From: Cetorhinus maximus
Lineage: Eukaryota
Length of the DNA: 64,000 nt
Assembly (NCBI RefSeq): GCF_964194155.1
Contig: NC_135897.1
Span: forward strand, 59,582,001 to 59,646,000
Direction: 5' to 3'
In this document: piece after piece, positions 21,790 through 34,431 of the stretch
Layout of the letters: the number at the start of each line of letters is the position of its first letter
Numbering within the stretch: position 1 is the stretch's first letter
Position numbers and translations under genes: made by a program
Notes under the pieces: model-generated
Databases searched by the model: none
The model's input: the letters and a program-made list of their open reading frames with translations, nothing else
What the model was told of the DNA's origin: nothing

Positions 21790-24520
21790 GTTGGGCCACA
21801 AAACTGGGCTCCTTAGTGCCCATAGTTTCAGTGCCGTGCCTGTCATTTTGATACCAAAACGGCGTTGATACCATGCGCGCACATTTCCAGCATGGCCAAT
21901 GCAAGCGCCAAATTGCTGAGGGCAAGAGCACGAGTTAGGAGTATGCGCCAGAAGAATAGATAGTGAGTAAATTGTGATGTCAGTCAGCGTGTAATATTGA
22001 TTTGATGCCAGCTATGCCATTTTGGACCTCACCACTCCAGGTAGTGCCCCCTCTTAAATTCACACAGCTGAAGGTGTATTTTGTTTCAGGAAGAACCCCT
22101 CCACCAGTGCTATTTAAAAGGATAATGAACCACTTGCACATTTGTTGCTGATTGCTCTCTACTGGCTCAATTTAAATTTATGGAAGAGGTGTTTTGAGGA
22201 GTTCGTGAAGTCTGCAGGCAGTGGCATTGCACACAGAGGCTGCCTTGGTTGGGACTTCCAGGGTCCTGGACACACTACTTGCTCCCTGTCAAGGCTGCTG
22301 TAGCTGCAGTTCTCCAGCATGAGAAGGAGAAGGCACAAAGGCCGCAAAGAAGAGCACAAACTGCTCACAGAGGGAGGAGGAGGAGGAGGAGGATTCTTAG
22401 TCAGAGGCTTTATACACTTTGTATCTTTCATGACCATTTGCCTGCGTCCAGAGCAATGTGTGCACCCTCTGTGCTTTACAAGGGAAGTGCTTGCAGAACT
22501 CTGCTATCTCTTGCAGCCAGACCTACAGCCTCAGTGTGGGCAAGGAGAGCATTGCCAGTGGCTGTGAAGGTGACAGTGGCCCTGAATTTCTTTGCGTTGA
22601 GGTCGTTTGAGGAAACAGCAGGTGGCATTTCTAACGCCTCTCAGTTTGCTGTTAGCTGTTACAATAGAGAGGCAACTGATGTATGCCAGGAGCGGGGAGT
22701 ACATTGTGTTCTCTCTGAACAGAGATAAACAAATAGTGAAAGCAAGTGGCTTTGCCAGTATAGTGGACTTCTCCACGGTGCAGGGTGCTATCGACTACAT
22801 GCTTTGCAGGTGCCATGTATCAATACTGAAATTTACTGCAACCTCAACCCTGGCCACAATGCAAGCAGATGGCGCGTGGTTTGTGTGTGTGTGTTGCAAT
22901 GGAAGCTGAAACATGACCATCAGATGCCATTGGGTCTATAAGTTTTCTCATGGAGTTGGCCATGACTTCCATACTGGAAAGAATGGGTTCCAAGCTCTGC
23001 ACAAAGCCCTGTGCCAAAACGGAGTCAGGCTCCTTCATGTGTCTTGACAGTGGCCACAGACTTTCTGGCAGCCCAGCCAATGCACCAAATACTTACATGT
23101 GCATGCCCATCTACCCTTTTCTGTACGCTTCCCTAGCAAAGTCCTCATCTGAGTCCTCTGCAACAGAACCCTTGTGTGGCCCTGCCCTCAGGGGACCTGC
23201 ACTATCCATTACCCCTGCCCTGGTTGCAGACTGCTTATGCCAATTTCTATACTACACTCTAAAGTACTTGCAGCATCTGAGCTGGCGGCTGCGAATGTGA
23301 GATTAAGTGACATGTTTCTGCACGTCTTGGCCTTCCCACTCATGCACCAGTGTCTGACTAGGTGGCAGTTTTTGGCTATCTTAAAAGAGAAAGGCACAGG
23401 GTAGGGCTGTGGTGAGGGAAGGGAGGGAAAGTAAGAGGGGCATGCTTAAACTATCTACAACTTTTAAATCAATAGAGATTGTAGGATGAGGGAAAAGTGG
23501 GATACAAGAAGGAGCATTCGGTAGGAACATACAGCATATTCTATGGCCTCAGCCCCAGCATCGTCTATGGCCTCAGCAGCAGCCTCTCCACTTATAGTGA
23601 CCACTGTTTACTCCAAGGGGGTGAAGACATGTAGCTGTGCCTGTCTCCCTTCAGTTAGCTCCTGCTGTCTCTGGTTATGCACCACCTTGATCTGCAAGGG
23701 AGAGGTTAGTTTATCAGTGAGTGTGGTACAGAGTGCTTGGGTGATGTAACTGTCATGTTTGAATAGCTGGCAGTGAGTGCAAGCTGTGAAATTCGGGTGT
23801 AAGTTTGTGAGGGTGAGATGAAGCAATGGACGTGATGATGTGAGTCCTGTTTGATAGAGGCTCTTGGTAGATGTTGAATATGGGGTGGTGGTGAATTGAG
23901 CAGTATGTAGGGCTAATGGTTCAAGTTGTGAGGCTGCAACTGAAGATTAATTCACTGACCTTGACCATTCATGTGAGATCATTAAACTTCTTGCGGCACC
24001 ATATCCAGACCGTCAGGGCAACAATGTTAATAGTGACCTCCTCCTCCATAGTGTCAGCTCCCTTTCCCTTCTAAGCATTTGTCTGGAGATCCTCCTGAAC
24101 CCCTGCAGATAGAGGACATCTCTCCTCCTGTCCACCTCCTGCACAAGGGCCTCAGGTGCTGCATCAATAAATCTGAGAGCCTGTTCTCTGCACTGTTTAT
24201 TCTTACTGTAGGTCAGCCACTCTTCTACAATGACTACCAGTATCTTGTTCAGCCAGAATGCACCTCTCCTTTAAGAGGTGAGGTGTAGCTTGAAGTAGCG
24301 CAGGCTAGGTTTAAGTGGTCCTGGCTATGCACAAACTTGGGCCCTGTGCTAAGGCATGCAGTCACTCAACAGAGTCTTTAGCACTGGGCTGCATGACACA
24401 TCATTGAAATTATCACTCAGCATGAAGCTTACATGCTGATTGCATTGCTTTGTATGGCATGGGTTAATTGTGCTTCACAATCTCTGTGCCTGTTTTCGGG
24501 GACTATCAAACTTTTATTGT
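21790..24520. mobile_element. Older, degraded Harbinger O1 (transposase + ~22290-22830; Myb - ~22850-24200)
   Basis: ALPVAVKVTVALNFFALRSF...SQFAVSCY.REATD; GFASIVDFSTVQGAIDY; minus strand WCRKKFNDLT..VK|gtcagt and ttgcag|IKVVHNQRQQELTEG. Ends are approximate. Confidence 0.8.
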
Positions 24521-25862
24521 GCACCCTGTAGAGACCAATAACTTTTAAAATGAAAGGAATCCCCATGATTCCAATGGAAAGAAACCAGTGGACAAGATTT
24601 CACTGTTTAAAAATTTTACTGTAGCATTCAAACCAAAAATCAGCATAAATCAAACATTAATTAATGGACAACATCAAACTAAAGAAAAAGACAAATTTTG
24701 TATTAGCCAATGAACACAACCAGGACATGTTTTACAAAATACTTTTGGTCTAGGCCACACTTCTGGAAGATATGTATCATTAAATAGACTGTCTCTAAAT
24801 CACTCCTAGCTCTCCAGCAGAGTTTAACCACTCCGTGCCACGACAGATTGAAACTTTGTGCCCCCTGACAAATGTTCCACATTGCCTGAGTTTAACTGAA
24901 CACTTAAAAACATCCAGCTTGGTCTTTTACTCAAGCTGTTTTTCCCTGCTTCTCCACAGCAGCAGATTCTGTTTGGTGAACTGTGTCTTTTGGTGAAAAA
25001 CTGTAACCCGGCACATCAATGGGCTTCTATTTGACTTTCTATCCCTTCTCAGCTCCCATCCCCATGACAATCTGAAGTCACATGAGCACTTCTATAAACC
25101 AAGGTGTTTACCTGGAATTTAAATCACACCCTTTCCAGAATTCTCTTTCACTTTGGACACTTCAAAGTTCAGCATTTATGACAACATGTTAAAGTTGTAC
25201 AGTATAAACACCAAAGAACAAAATGATATGCAAAGGTGTGAATAATAAGAAGAAACCCGGGAAGGTCTAGCCAGTGATAGGAAGCAGGATTGTTGGTCAG
25301 TCAGACAGAGAAACAACAAAGAAAAACCTTAGAAAATAAAAGAACACCCCAATAAAACAAGAAAACAGAGTGCAGAAAGTGATAACAAAAGTTATAAAAC
25401 CAAGAGTCATAAACAACGCTGAAGAAAATGCATGGTTACCAAAAGCAAAGTAAAACACATTAAGACCCTTTTCAAGGTCATAACTGATGGCCAACTGAGG
25501 AACTGAGACCATTGGAGGAGACGTTCACGGTGAATTTTCTGGATCTTCCCCCAAGGAGGGTTTCATCACCATTTATGGTGACTTTGAAAGCATGATTGGA
25601 CATTAATGATGAAGGAGTTAACACACAAAATCAATAAATTATCAGTATAGTGAGTTTCTTGCAGCATTTGAGAAGCCTATTTGATGTGCTGATGGCTACT
25701 TAAGGTATTATAGCAGCTTATTGCTGGCTGCTAACTATCTCTGGATCCAAAATCTCCTTACCTGAGTTTTCTCTCATACAAATGCAAGAGGCTTTACAAG
25801 TACCCATGACTGGTCTGGATCCAACCATGCAATAGTAGCAACAATATATAAAGAAAAGGAAT

Positions 25863-28800
25863 GGGCAAAATTGGGCTCAATTATGCTGTTATTTTGGGAG
25901 GCTGAGTGCCTTTAGGTTCCGAAATGATGACCTGAAGGCAAACCACATGCACAAAACAATTCTGATGTGAAGTGAGCTGGATACCATCATGGTAAAGGGG
26001 TAAGCGCATGAACGTTCACAATGTTGATTTGACACCAGTGCTGCCATTTTAGAGCTCCACACTCCAGCTTCCACTCTCTCTCTCAACCTCACACAGCTGA
26101 ATACATGTTAAGGGCATTAGAGATGAGCAATAAATTATGGCCTTGCTAAGCAGTGTTCACACCCCATGAAAAAATAAAAAAGTAACACGTAGGGCCCTCC
26201 ACAACACTTTTAAAGCGATCTTCAAGTACTTACAGATAAGTTGCTGATTTATTTCTTTTGGCTGTTGCTATAAAATTCCACATATTTTTGGTGCTTTCTA
26301 CAGTTCCAAAAGGCCAAAGGGAGTGGTGTGTCAGGAGCTGAAGTATGTTTTGTTGACTTCAAGGTTTCTGCACAAACCAATTGTTCCCAAACGTGGGTGC
26401 ATCTAACAGACCTTCCTCTTGAAGTCAAGTGTGACTGGGAATATAAACAGAGGTGACATGAAGGAGAAGCTACTAGAAAAAGGCGGAAGAGGAGGGGGTT
26501 AAGAGCTCAGAGCTGTGGGCCATATCCACCCAGCATGCTCAGAGAGCAATGATAAAAGCAAAATACTGCAGAAAGCTGAAATAAAAACAGAAAATGCTAT
26601 AAAAACTCAGCAGCATCTGTGGAAAGGGAAACAGAGTTAATGCTCTGAAGAAGAGTCATACAGACTCAAAACATTAACTCTGTTTCCCTCTCCACAGATG
26701 CTGCCAAGCCTGCTGAGATTTTCCAGCATTTTCTGTTTGTTCAGAGAGCAATTCTCCTACCTGAATCTCCACATAGATTAATGTTTGAGACATCTGTGCT
26801 TCTCTAAGGTCATCGTTGAAATCTGTCAATTGCTGCAGCCACAACTACAACCTCCGGGGGAAAGGACCTCACTGTCAGTGGCTATGACGGCAACCATGGC
26901 TATGAATTTTTATATGTCTGCGCCTGCAGGTGCTGGAGATATTATCAACATCCTGCATTTTGTAGTGTACTATTGCATAAGGGAAGTCACTGAGGCTATC
27001 CTTTCGAAGCAAGTTAACTTAATTTCATTTTTCTTAGCCAGAAGTAGGCAGGCAGAGTGAATAACAGGTGTTGCAATGAATGAGGGCTTCTCCATGGTAC
27101 AGCATGCCATTAACTGCGTACACATTGCTTTGGATCGCATGTCAACTCTGCCATGTAACAGGACTGAGAAGGGTTCCACTGCCTTTATGTGCAGTTGCTG
27201 TGTGACCACAGGCAGTGCATCATGCAAGTCAATGCCTGGTATCTTTGTGGCAATCATGATGCCTTTAGTACACGGCAGTCTGCTGTGCCAGCTTACTTCA
27301 ACCACAACCAAAGGGTGTTTACTAGATAACAAGGACTACCCGTTAAGTGCATAGTTTATGACTCTGGTTACATGTATGTGTGCAGCATGAACACAATGAG
27401 ATGGTGCTGCTGCAAGAGATCTAAAAGAACTGACCATTGGCATGTTGTTGTTGTCTGGGCCGCTCTGAAGGAGCCCTACAAAACTCAGCTGAGCAGGTCT
27501 CAAGATTTGTGGTGGTTTTCTGCATGCTGCACAATCCTGTTATCATGAGGGATTAGCCCTGCCACCACTATCAGGTGAGAAGATGAGGAACAGGAGCAGA
27601 TGGAGGAGGAGCAGGATGAGGAAGAGGGCAAAGCAGAAGGGAGTTTGCAATTTAGACCATCTCTTTCTGCCGGATTGTACATAAAAATCTAATTCAGTAA
27701 TCTCAGATACCAGTAATTCCAACCCCAATTCCCCATTCACTATGTACCTTACCTTCCCTCTCTCACTGACCATCACCTTGTTCTCTTGGCCACAATGCAA
27801 AAACAAAATACGAAATACACAATCCAAACCAAATTTATAAATTAAATCATGCCATATTGGATACCAACTTAAACTAATCATTCTTGTGCATCCCTTTGGT
27901 GTCCATCTTCCATGTGACATTGCCTGTCCTGGTGATCCTGTGCTACTCCAATGGCTGCAACATGGCTAGTGGATGGCTGCTAATTTTCAGTGGGAGAAAC
28001 TACAGATGACCTCATGCAGCTCCAGCTTCAGACTGCTCCATCACAGCACAGCACTGCCATGCCCCAGAGTGGTGCCTCAGCAAGTGATCTGCTGGAGGAC
28101 AGATTACTGGACTTCTGTGACGTACTGCAAGCTTCTTTGAATACTGGTATCAATAGCCATCATCACAACACTCTGAACTTGTATGACTGCAGTCTGAACT
28201 CCCACTGCAGTATTCAAACTTCTGGTAGAGGCTGAGACAAAGCCATCAAATGTTGAATCATGGTTGATTCTACAGGTGTGTTGATGGAGTTGGCCACCGC
28301 CTCCAAGCTCTGCGCAAAGCCTTGTGCCGGACTTCTCCATGCTCCTTGACGTTAATTGCAGGCTTTCTGGCAGGTTTTCAAATACACCATACATTTTACT
28401 GTGTACACCCATCAGCATTCTTCTGTAGCCTGGTCCATCAAAGTCCTCACTTGAATCATCTGCAGCAGAACTTGTGTGCAACCTCACCCACTGAGCTGGT
28501 ACCTATGCTATTCATGTCCCCTAGCCTGGCTGCAATGCACTGTCTAGTGTCCCATCACATGCATTCCCTACCTCAATGTTACCCTCTAAGATACAGATGA
28601 AGTCATTATCAGAGCTGGTGGTTGAGTGGGAAATTAAATGACCATGTGTCTTCATCTGTTCTTGGTCTTCCGCTACTGCCTGGGCAGGTTGCAGTTAGCT
28701 GAAATCAATAGGAACAAGGGTAAGATTGCAGTGAGGGGAGAGGAGAAAGTAAGGAATGTATGTTTACACCAGCTGTAGCTTTTAAGTCCGAAGTGATTTT

Positions 28801-29885
28801 GGGATGAGGGGGAAGTGGGATATGTGAGAAACAGGGTTAGGTATGAGGATACTATCATTTTCAGTTGATTCAGCCTCAGCAATGGCCTTTCCCATAATGG
28901 CTAGCATCCTCCATGGGATTTAGAACACAGAGGCAATGCTCTCTTCTCCAGTTAACATGTGTTGCTTCCAGTCATTTTCCACCTTCACCTGCAAGACAGA
29001 GATAAGAATATAAGTGAGTACCATGCAATGATACTCACGTATACACTTGTGATGTGGCTGGTATAAATGAAGAACTGGGAGTTTATGCAAGCTGTGAGAT
29101 GTTGCCATGATGCTTGCAACAGTGCTAAGAGTGTGAAGGTAAGATGAAGCGTATGAAAGTTGGGTATGAGTCCTGATTGATCAAGATTGTTGGTAGGTGA
29201 GTGATGGGGGTGTGGTTTTATTTACTCGTTCACTAAATGTAGATGTTACTGGCAATGCCAGCATTTATTGCCACTCCCTACTTGAGCAGCGATTGGGACT
29301 GATAGGGTATGGCATTTGAAGATGCATTCACTGACCTTGACCACTCATTTGAGGTCATTAAACTTTTTGAAACACTGCATCCAGGTCGTGAGGTCTAAAC
29401 TCCTGTCAGTTACCTCCAGGGGGATCTCTTCCTCCTGCCTTCTCATTGTGTGTCTGGTGTGCCTCATGCCCCCTCTGCAGATAACAGGACATTTCTCTCC
29501 CTTCCACCTCCAAGACCACTAGTTCAGTGCCAGAAAATTCAGCCGCATGACCTCTCACATGGCCAACCATAGTTGATTGCTGCACAACACCAATCCAAAT
29601 GATCTTGGCACTTCCAGCAGCCACCATGCACAATCCCTTTAAGAGGTGCAGGCTAGCTGTAGACATTGCAGGCTAAGCTTTAAGCAGTGCTAGCAAATAA
29701 TGATATTGGGTGCCTTGGTGTGTGCAGTCAATAGACAATGCAATTGGAGCTGGCTGCATTCAGCAATTATTAAAATGATAAGGCAGCACAAATTTGGTGT
29801 GTTGCATGCTTTACACTAAATGGACACAGGGTAGCTGCACATCGCGATACCAACACTTGCTTTTGAGTCTCTCCAAGTTAGCCCC
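25863..29885. mobile_element. Older, degraded Harbinger O2 (transposase + ~26390-27660; Myb - ~28050-29560)
   Basis: Degenerate TIRs gggcaaaattgg / ccaagttagcccc; LCFSKVIVEICQLLQPQL...MAMNFY; GFSMVQHAINCVHIA; LLDNKDYPL; CMLHN; minus strand WMQCFKKFNDL..VVK|gtcagt. Confidence 0.82.
26551..26740. repeat. Inverted (fold-back) Penelope-associated repeat with decayed hammerhead core
   Basis: Arms aacagaaaatgct...gcatctgtggaaagggaaacagagttaatg / cattaactctgtttccctctccacagatgc...agcattttctgtt; centre CTGAAGAAGAGTCATACAGACTCAAAAC; flanked by direct repeat TCAGAGAGCAAT. Confidence 0.8.
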
Positions 29886-31076
29886 TTTGTTTTTTAAATA
29901 TTTTTCTTGGAATGTGGGCAACACTACTACAATTATTGTCCATCCTTAGTTGTCCTATTTTTTTCTGTGAACTATGACATTCCTTGTGCTGGTGATGCTC
30001 CCAGAATGGCCTATCCTACCATTATGCAAATCATTTCAGTGTACACACCTTAGCTAGTAGGCATTCCTCTCCTGAAACAAACTCCTTATTGGAAGCAAAA
30101 GCATTGTTGCTGTGCACTGGATGAGGATGTACCTCTGGTTGACAAGAAAGATGATGGAAACAGGTATCTGTTTGGGAGGTCCTTTGGGTGTGGGTTTGGA
30201 ATAAGTGTGGGCTGCATGAAGGGGACCTCCACTGGGAGGTGGGGGGAGGGGGAAAGCTCTTTGTGCCAGATGCAGCATGCACTCACATATTTATACGGTC
30301 AAATGTTTGATTGATAAAAGCTGCAGAATGCACTTTTTCGCTGCTAGGACTGAGCAAGTAGCAGGATTCTTGCCCTCACCAGCATTAACCCAAGCAACAT
30401 GGTATTTGATCTGCGATGATGATAGACTAGGTGAGTGTTTCAATGACCTTCCTGGCCTCTATCTAGAAGGGCTAGAGATAAACAGACAAAATTTGTGTTA
30501 GAGCTCACTGTTTTGGAAGCAGTTTTCACAACATTAATCAGCCAGAGCCAAGCAACATATTTGAGGTTTGTGCAGGATGAGCTATGTGTGCTGAAGCTTT
30601 AATCAAATAACCAACAATTGTGAGAAGTATCATTTTGCTGATTCTTTAAAACCTTTTCTCTACACAATGTGAAATACCTTTCAAGTGGCTCTTCAAACAA
30701 TGCTGTTTGGAGCTTCTTGAGATCCTGAGAGATGTTTCATGCGGAACTGATGAGCAGCGAGGCCAGCTGGTTTGACAAGATATGTCAGGTTGCTAAATAG
30801 GCTGCGTTTGCCTTTTCCTGTTTCCTGGTATTTTGTTCATTGGTCAGCACCTCTGGAATTCAAAGAATGGCAATTCACTCTCAAGAAAGCGTTTTTTTCT
30901 CTTTTTTTATATATATTAAGAATAATTCTGTACAGGGATGCAGGAACTATTTTTCTTTAGGCACTACCTTTACTGCACAAATTTTAGTAACATTATTTGC
31001 TATTTCTTGCGTAGGTGTTCATCCTGCAGCAATAGCCTCCTACATCTGGATAATAGTAACTGGGTGAGCCAGCAAG

Positions 31077-31717
31077 GATATGCCTTCATTGGCAGGGGTA
31101 TTGAGTATTAAAGCTGGGAAGTCATGCTGCAGCTGCATAGAACCTTGGTTAGGCCACACTTGGAATATTGCATGCAATTCTGGTCACCACATTACCAGAA
31201 GGATATGGAGGCATTGGAGAGGGTGCAGAGGAGGTTTACCAGGATGCTGCCTGGTCTGGAGGTTATTAGCTATGAGGAGAGGCTGGAGAAACTCGGATTG
31301 TTCTCACTAGAGCGACGGAGATTGAGGGGCGACTTGATAGAAGTTTACAAAATTATGAGTGGCATGGACAGAGTAGATAGTCAGAAGCTTTTTCCCAGGG
31401 TGGAAGAGTCAATTGCTAGGGGACATAGATTTAAGGTGAGAGGAGAAAACTATAAAGGAGATGTGTGGGGCAAGTTTTTTACGCAGAGGGTAGTGAGTGT
31501 CTAGAATTCACTGCCAGAGGAGGTGGTGGAAGCAGGTACGATAGTAGTGTTTAAGAGGCAGCTTGACAAATACATGAACAGGATGGGAATAGAGGGATAC
31601 CGACCCTGGAAGTGCAAAATGTCTTAGTTGACAGGCAATATGATCGGCGCAGGCTTGGAGGGCCGAAGGGCCTGTTCCTGTGCTGTACTTTTCTTTGTTC
31701 TTTTTCTTTGTTCTTTG
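31077..31717 (+). mobile_element. CR1 LINE 3' end, well preserved
   Basis: LVRPHLEYCMQFWSPHYQKDMEALERVQRRFTRMLPGL...YEERLEKLGLFSLERRRLRGDLIEVYKIM; 3' UTR gggccgaagggcctgttcctgtgctgta with a ttctttg repeat tail. Confidence 0.95.
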
Positions 31718-31776
31718 ATATCAGTCATTTTTACGAGTGCTTAAACTGATAACTGAAAAGGTGCCCTGGAGTCACT

Positions 31777-32468
31777 GGGCTGAATTTCCCCCCCATTGGG
31801 GTGGAAGTGTGATGGGCAGGCGTGTACGGGCGTGCTTCCGATCGGCGCCACTGATCGGAGGCGCGGCGCCATTTTACGTGGGTGGGCCAATTAAAGCTCG
31901 CCCAGTGTGACATCCACAGGGAAGCGCTATGCTTGGGTGGGATCCCAAAATCGAGAGTGCGCTCTTTCGCACATGTGCACGAAAGAGTGCAGTCATCTCC
32001 CTGAGGCTAAGTGCAGCCTCAGGGAGATCGGCTGCACATGTGAAAAAGATAAAAATAGAAAAATAAAATTTCCCTTACGTGTCCCCTCATGTGACAATGT
32101 CACATGAGTTGGGATATGTCCATAATTTTTACACAATCTTTATTAAAATTTTTTAAAGCCTACATGAAACCTCATCCCGCCCTTGGATGAGGTTTCATGT
32201 TTTTTCTAGTTCCCGCTGGGGCTCCTGGCCTGCCCGCCTTAAGGTTGGACGGGCAGGTCCTTTAATTGCTTAATTGACCCTGTCAATGGCCTCAATTGGC
32301 CATTGACAGGTCAGCGGGCCTGCAGCTGATTTTGCTGCGCTGACGCCTTCCTGAAAATTTAACTTGGGCACAGTGACGTCGGGAGTTCCCTTCCAATATC
32401 ACCACACATCATTTTACGCGTCGACGAGTGGGCCCCACCCCTGCTCACCGACTCGTAAAATTCTGCCC
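31777..32468. mobile_element. Harbinger MITE (692 bp, hairpin family), opposite orientation to 20186-20889
   Basis: TIRs GGGCTGAATTT / AAATTCTGCCC; exact TSD ACT; five internal hairpins. Confidence 0.95.
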
Positions 32469-32471
32469 ACT

Positions 32472-34428
32472 GTGTGTGTGTGATGGCTCTGCGACAGGCT
32501 GCACATGCTGCACTTGTGCAGGGACAGCCTTTGCCATAGAGATGTGAGGCTTATCATGCATCTCAGTCAAAGGCGAGTAAGGGGTTGGCTTCAGAAGATG
32601 GGGTCCCTTGTGTAGAGGCTCCACTTATATCATCCCTTCCTGCCTCAGCCCTTTCATGGCCCACCTGCACATCTGCACTTACCAGGTGCGTGAGAACATC
32701 TGATTGGGCATGCAGGTATCCATCCACCATCACTGCAACATACCAGTCAATGCCACAGAATATATCTTTCATTCTGTTCATGCCAATCTGCTGTTCCTGC
32801 ATCCATTCGGCAGGCTGTCACATATGACTCTCCATAAGGGTAGCAACTCTTTGAATGGATGAACCGATTCACTCATATGCCTGTGACATTGCAGAACTCA
32901 TGTCTTGAATGGACTCCACTATTTTCATTGGAAGGGTCCACACTGCCCCAGGAAACTCTGACAGATGTCCCTGTTGCGGCTCCACTAGCACCCGCTTTGT
33001 AAATGCCCCCCCAAGATTCAGCATTTCCAGCCAGGTAAGCAGAGTTGGAGTTGCCCTCCATCCTCAGATAGGGCCAAGAATTTTCTCCACCTCCATCATC
33101 TAGTCCTGCTCACATGTGCAATGATATTCACCTTGTGCCACCCCTTCTAAAGTTGCCTGAAGCCCCACTGAGGTCCATGTATCTGTGCTGTTGGAAGATG
33201 CGCTTGACTCTCATGATAGTTGTTCCTCAGAGTGCAAGTCTCCTCTAAGGTAACCATGGTCTCCACATTCAGCTGCTGCTCTTCCGGCATTGGCCCTGTG
33301 TAAGGGAGAAAACATCGGTTACTTGCCCTCCTTATCTCAGCAGCTACTTCATCAGACATCTTCCAACAACTTCACAGAATTGGAAAGTACATTCATAAAG
33401 CATTCAATGAACTTTCACCCTCTCTCTGCCACTTACCAATCTCACTGTCACTGGCTTTTGGCACTGTAGCTACCCTTCCAATGTCAAGGGCCTCTTCTCC
33501 ATGAGTGTGACAAATGCCAGGTTGAACACTTCACCTCCCCAGACACCGTCTCAGAGGCATTATGTGCTTGTTTCTCCTGTAATATGAGGGTGGAGAGATC
33601 AGCCACATTTAACTTTCCTATTTGCCCATCATGATCCAAGATCAGAAGTGATGTGAAAGACAGAGTTAACGTTTCAAGTCCGAATGACTCCTCTTCTCCG
33701 GACTCTTCTACGGACTCGAAACGTTAACTCTGTCTTTCTCTCCACAGATGCCGTTAGACCCACTGAGTTTTTCCAGCATTTTCTGTTTTTGCGTCAGATT
33801 TCCAGCATCCACAGTATTTTGCTTTTATCTCAGAAGTGAAGTTCCTCTCATTGTATTTGCCCAGGGCTTACATTTGCCAGCCTGCTAAGATTACATCATT
33901 TTTGCTCCCTTCCCTTGGGTGAGGGTTGGAAATGGGCAAAGGTTTCCTCAGGTTACATAATCACAGCCTGCCTTGAGGCCCTCCTGATCAAAGGTGTACC
34001 ATCTCTGTGAAATTCTCATGGCTGACAGCTTGGCTTTGCTTCGCATTAAACTTGCCAGAATGCAGAAAATCACTGAAGCGCTTCCTGCACTGGGTCCAAA
34101 TCCTGCTCACTGCCTGCTCATCCGTTTTTTACCTGGCAGGCCTCCACCTGCAGCTCTCCGGGAGAATAAAATGTCCTTCCTGGCTGGGGCCACCACTAGC
34201 ATAACCTCCAAGGAGGGGTTGGTGAACCTTGGGGCCATCCCAGCTGCTATGGCACTGCACTAAAAGCCCATTTCCTCAGGGCTGATTGTCTCCGGCTGCT
34301 TGCAATTTGAATCCTGACAGGTGCCCTGTAAATGGGGCCCACGCTCGCTACTTTATCTCCTGCCTCCTCCTCACGCCCGGAAATGGTCCCGAAGTTGAGG
34401 TACCAACGAGATTCAGAAAATCCAGCCC
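32472..34428 (-). mobile_element. Harbinger remnant A (Myb half with one TIR)
   Basis: TIR GAAAATCCAGCCC ends at 34428; minus strand APRFTNPSLEVML...IWTQCRKRFSDFLHSGK; ttacag|EKQAHNASE at 33576; exon-3-like sequence down to ~32500. Confidence 0.75.
33652..33829. repeat. Penelope-associated repeat, partly inverted
   Basis: aaagacagagttaacgtttc...gaaacgttaactctgtcttt hairpin; flanked by direct repeat TCAGAAGTGA (33642-33651, 33830-33839). Confidence 0.75.
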
Positions 34429-34431
34429 ATA

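Noticed and set aside
25140-25620. A-rich, coding-looking stretch
   Set aside because: The frames I translated contain stops, and I found no homology or convincing splice sites.
30678-30792. Coiled-coil-like exon (HILSNQLASLLISSA-NISQDLKKLQTALFEEPLE)
   Set aside because: That frame has two TGA stops and the acceptor lacks a pyrimidine tract, so it is not supportable as a CDS.
31959-32310. CRISPR array or attC-like cassette array
   Set aside because: The hairpins differ from one another, there is no repeat-spacer periodicity or cas/integrase gene, and the context is a eukaryotic MITE.
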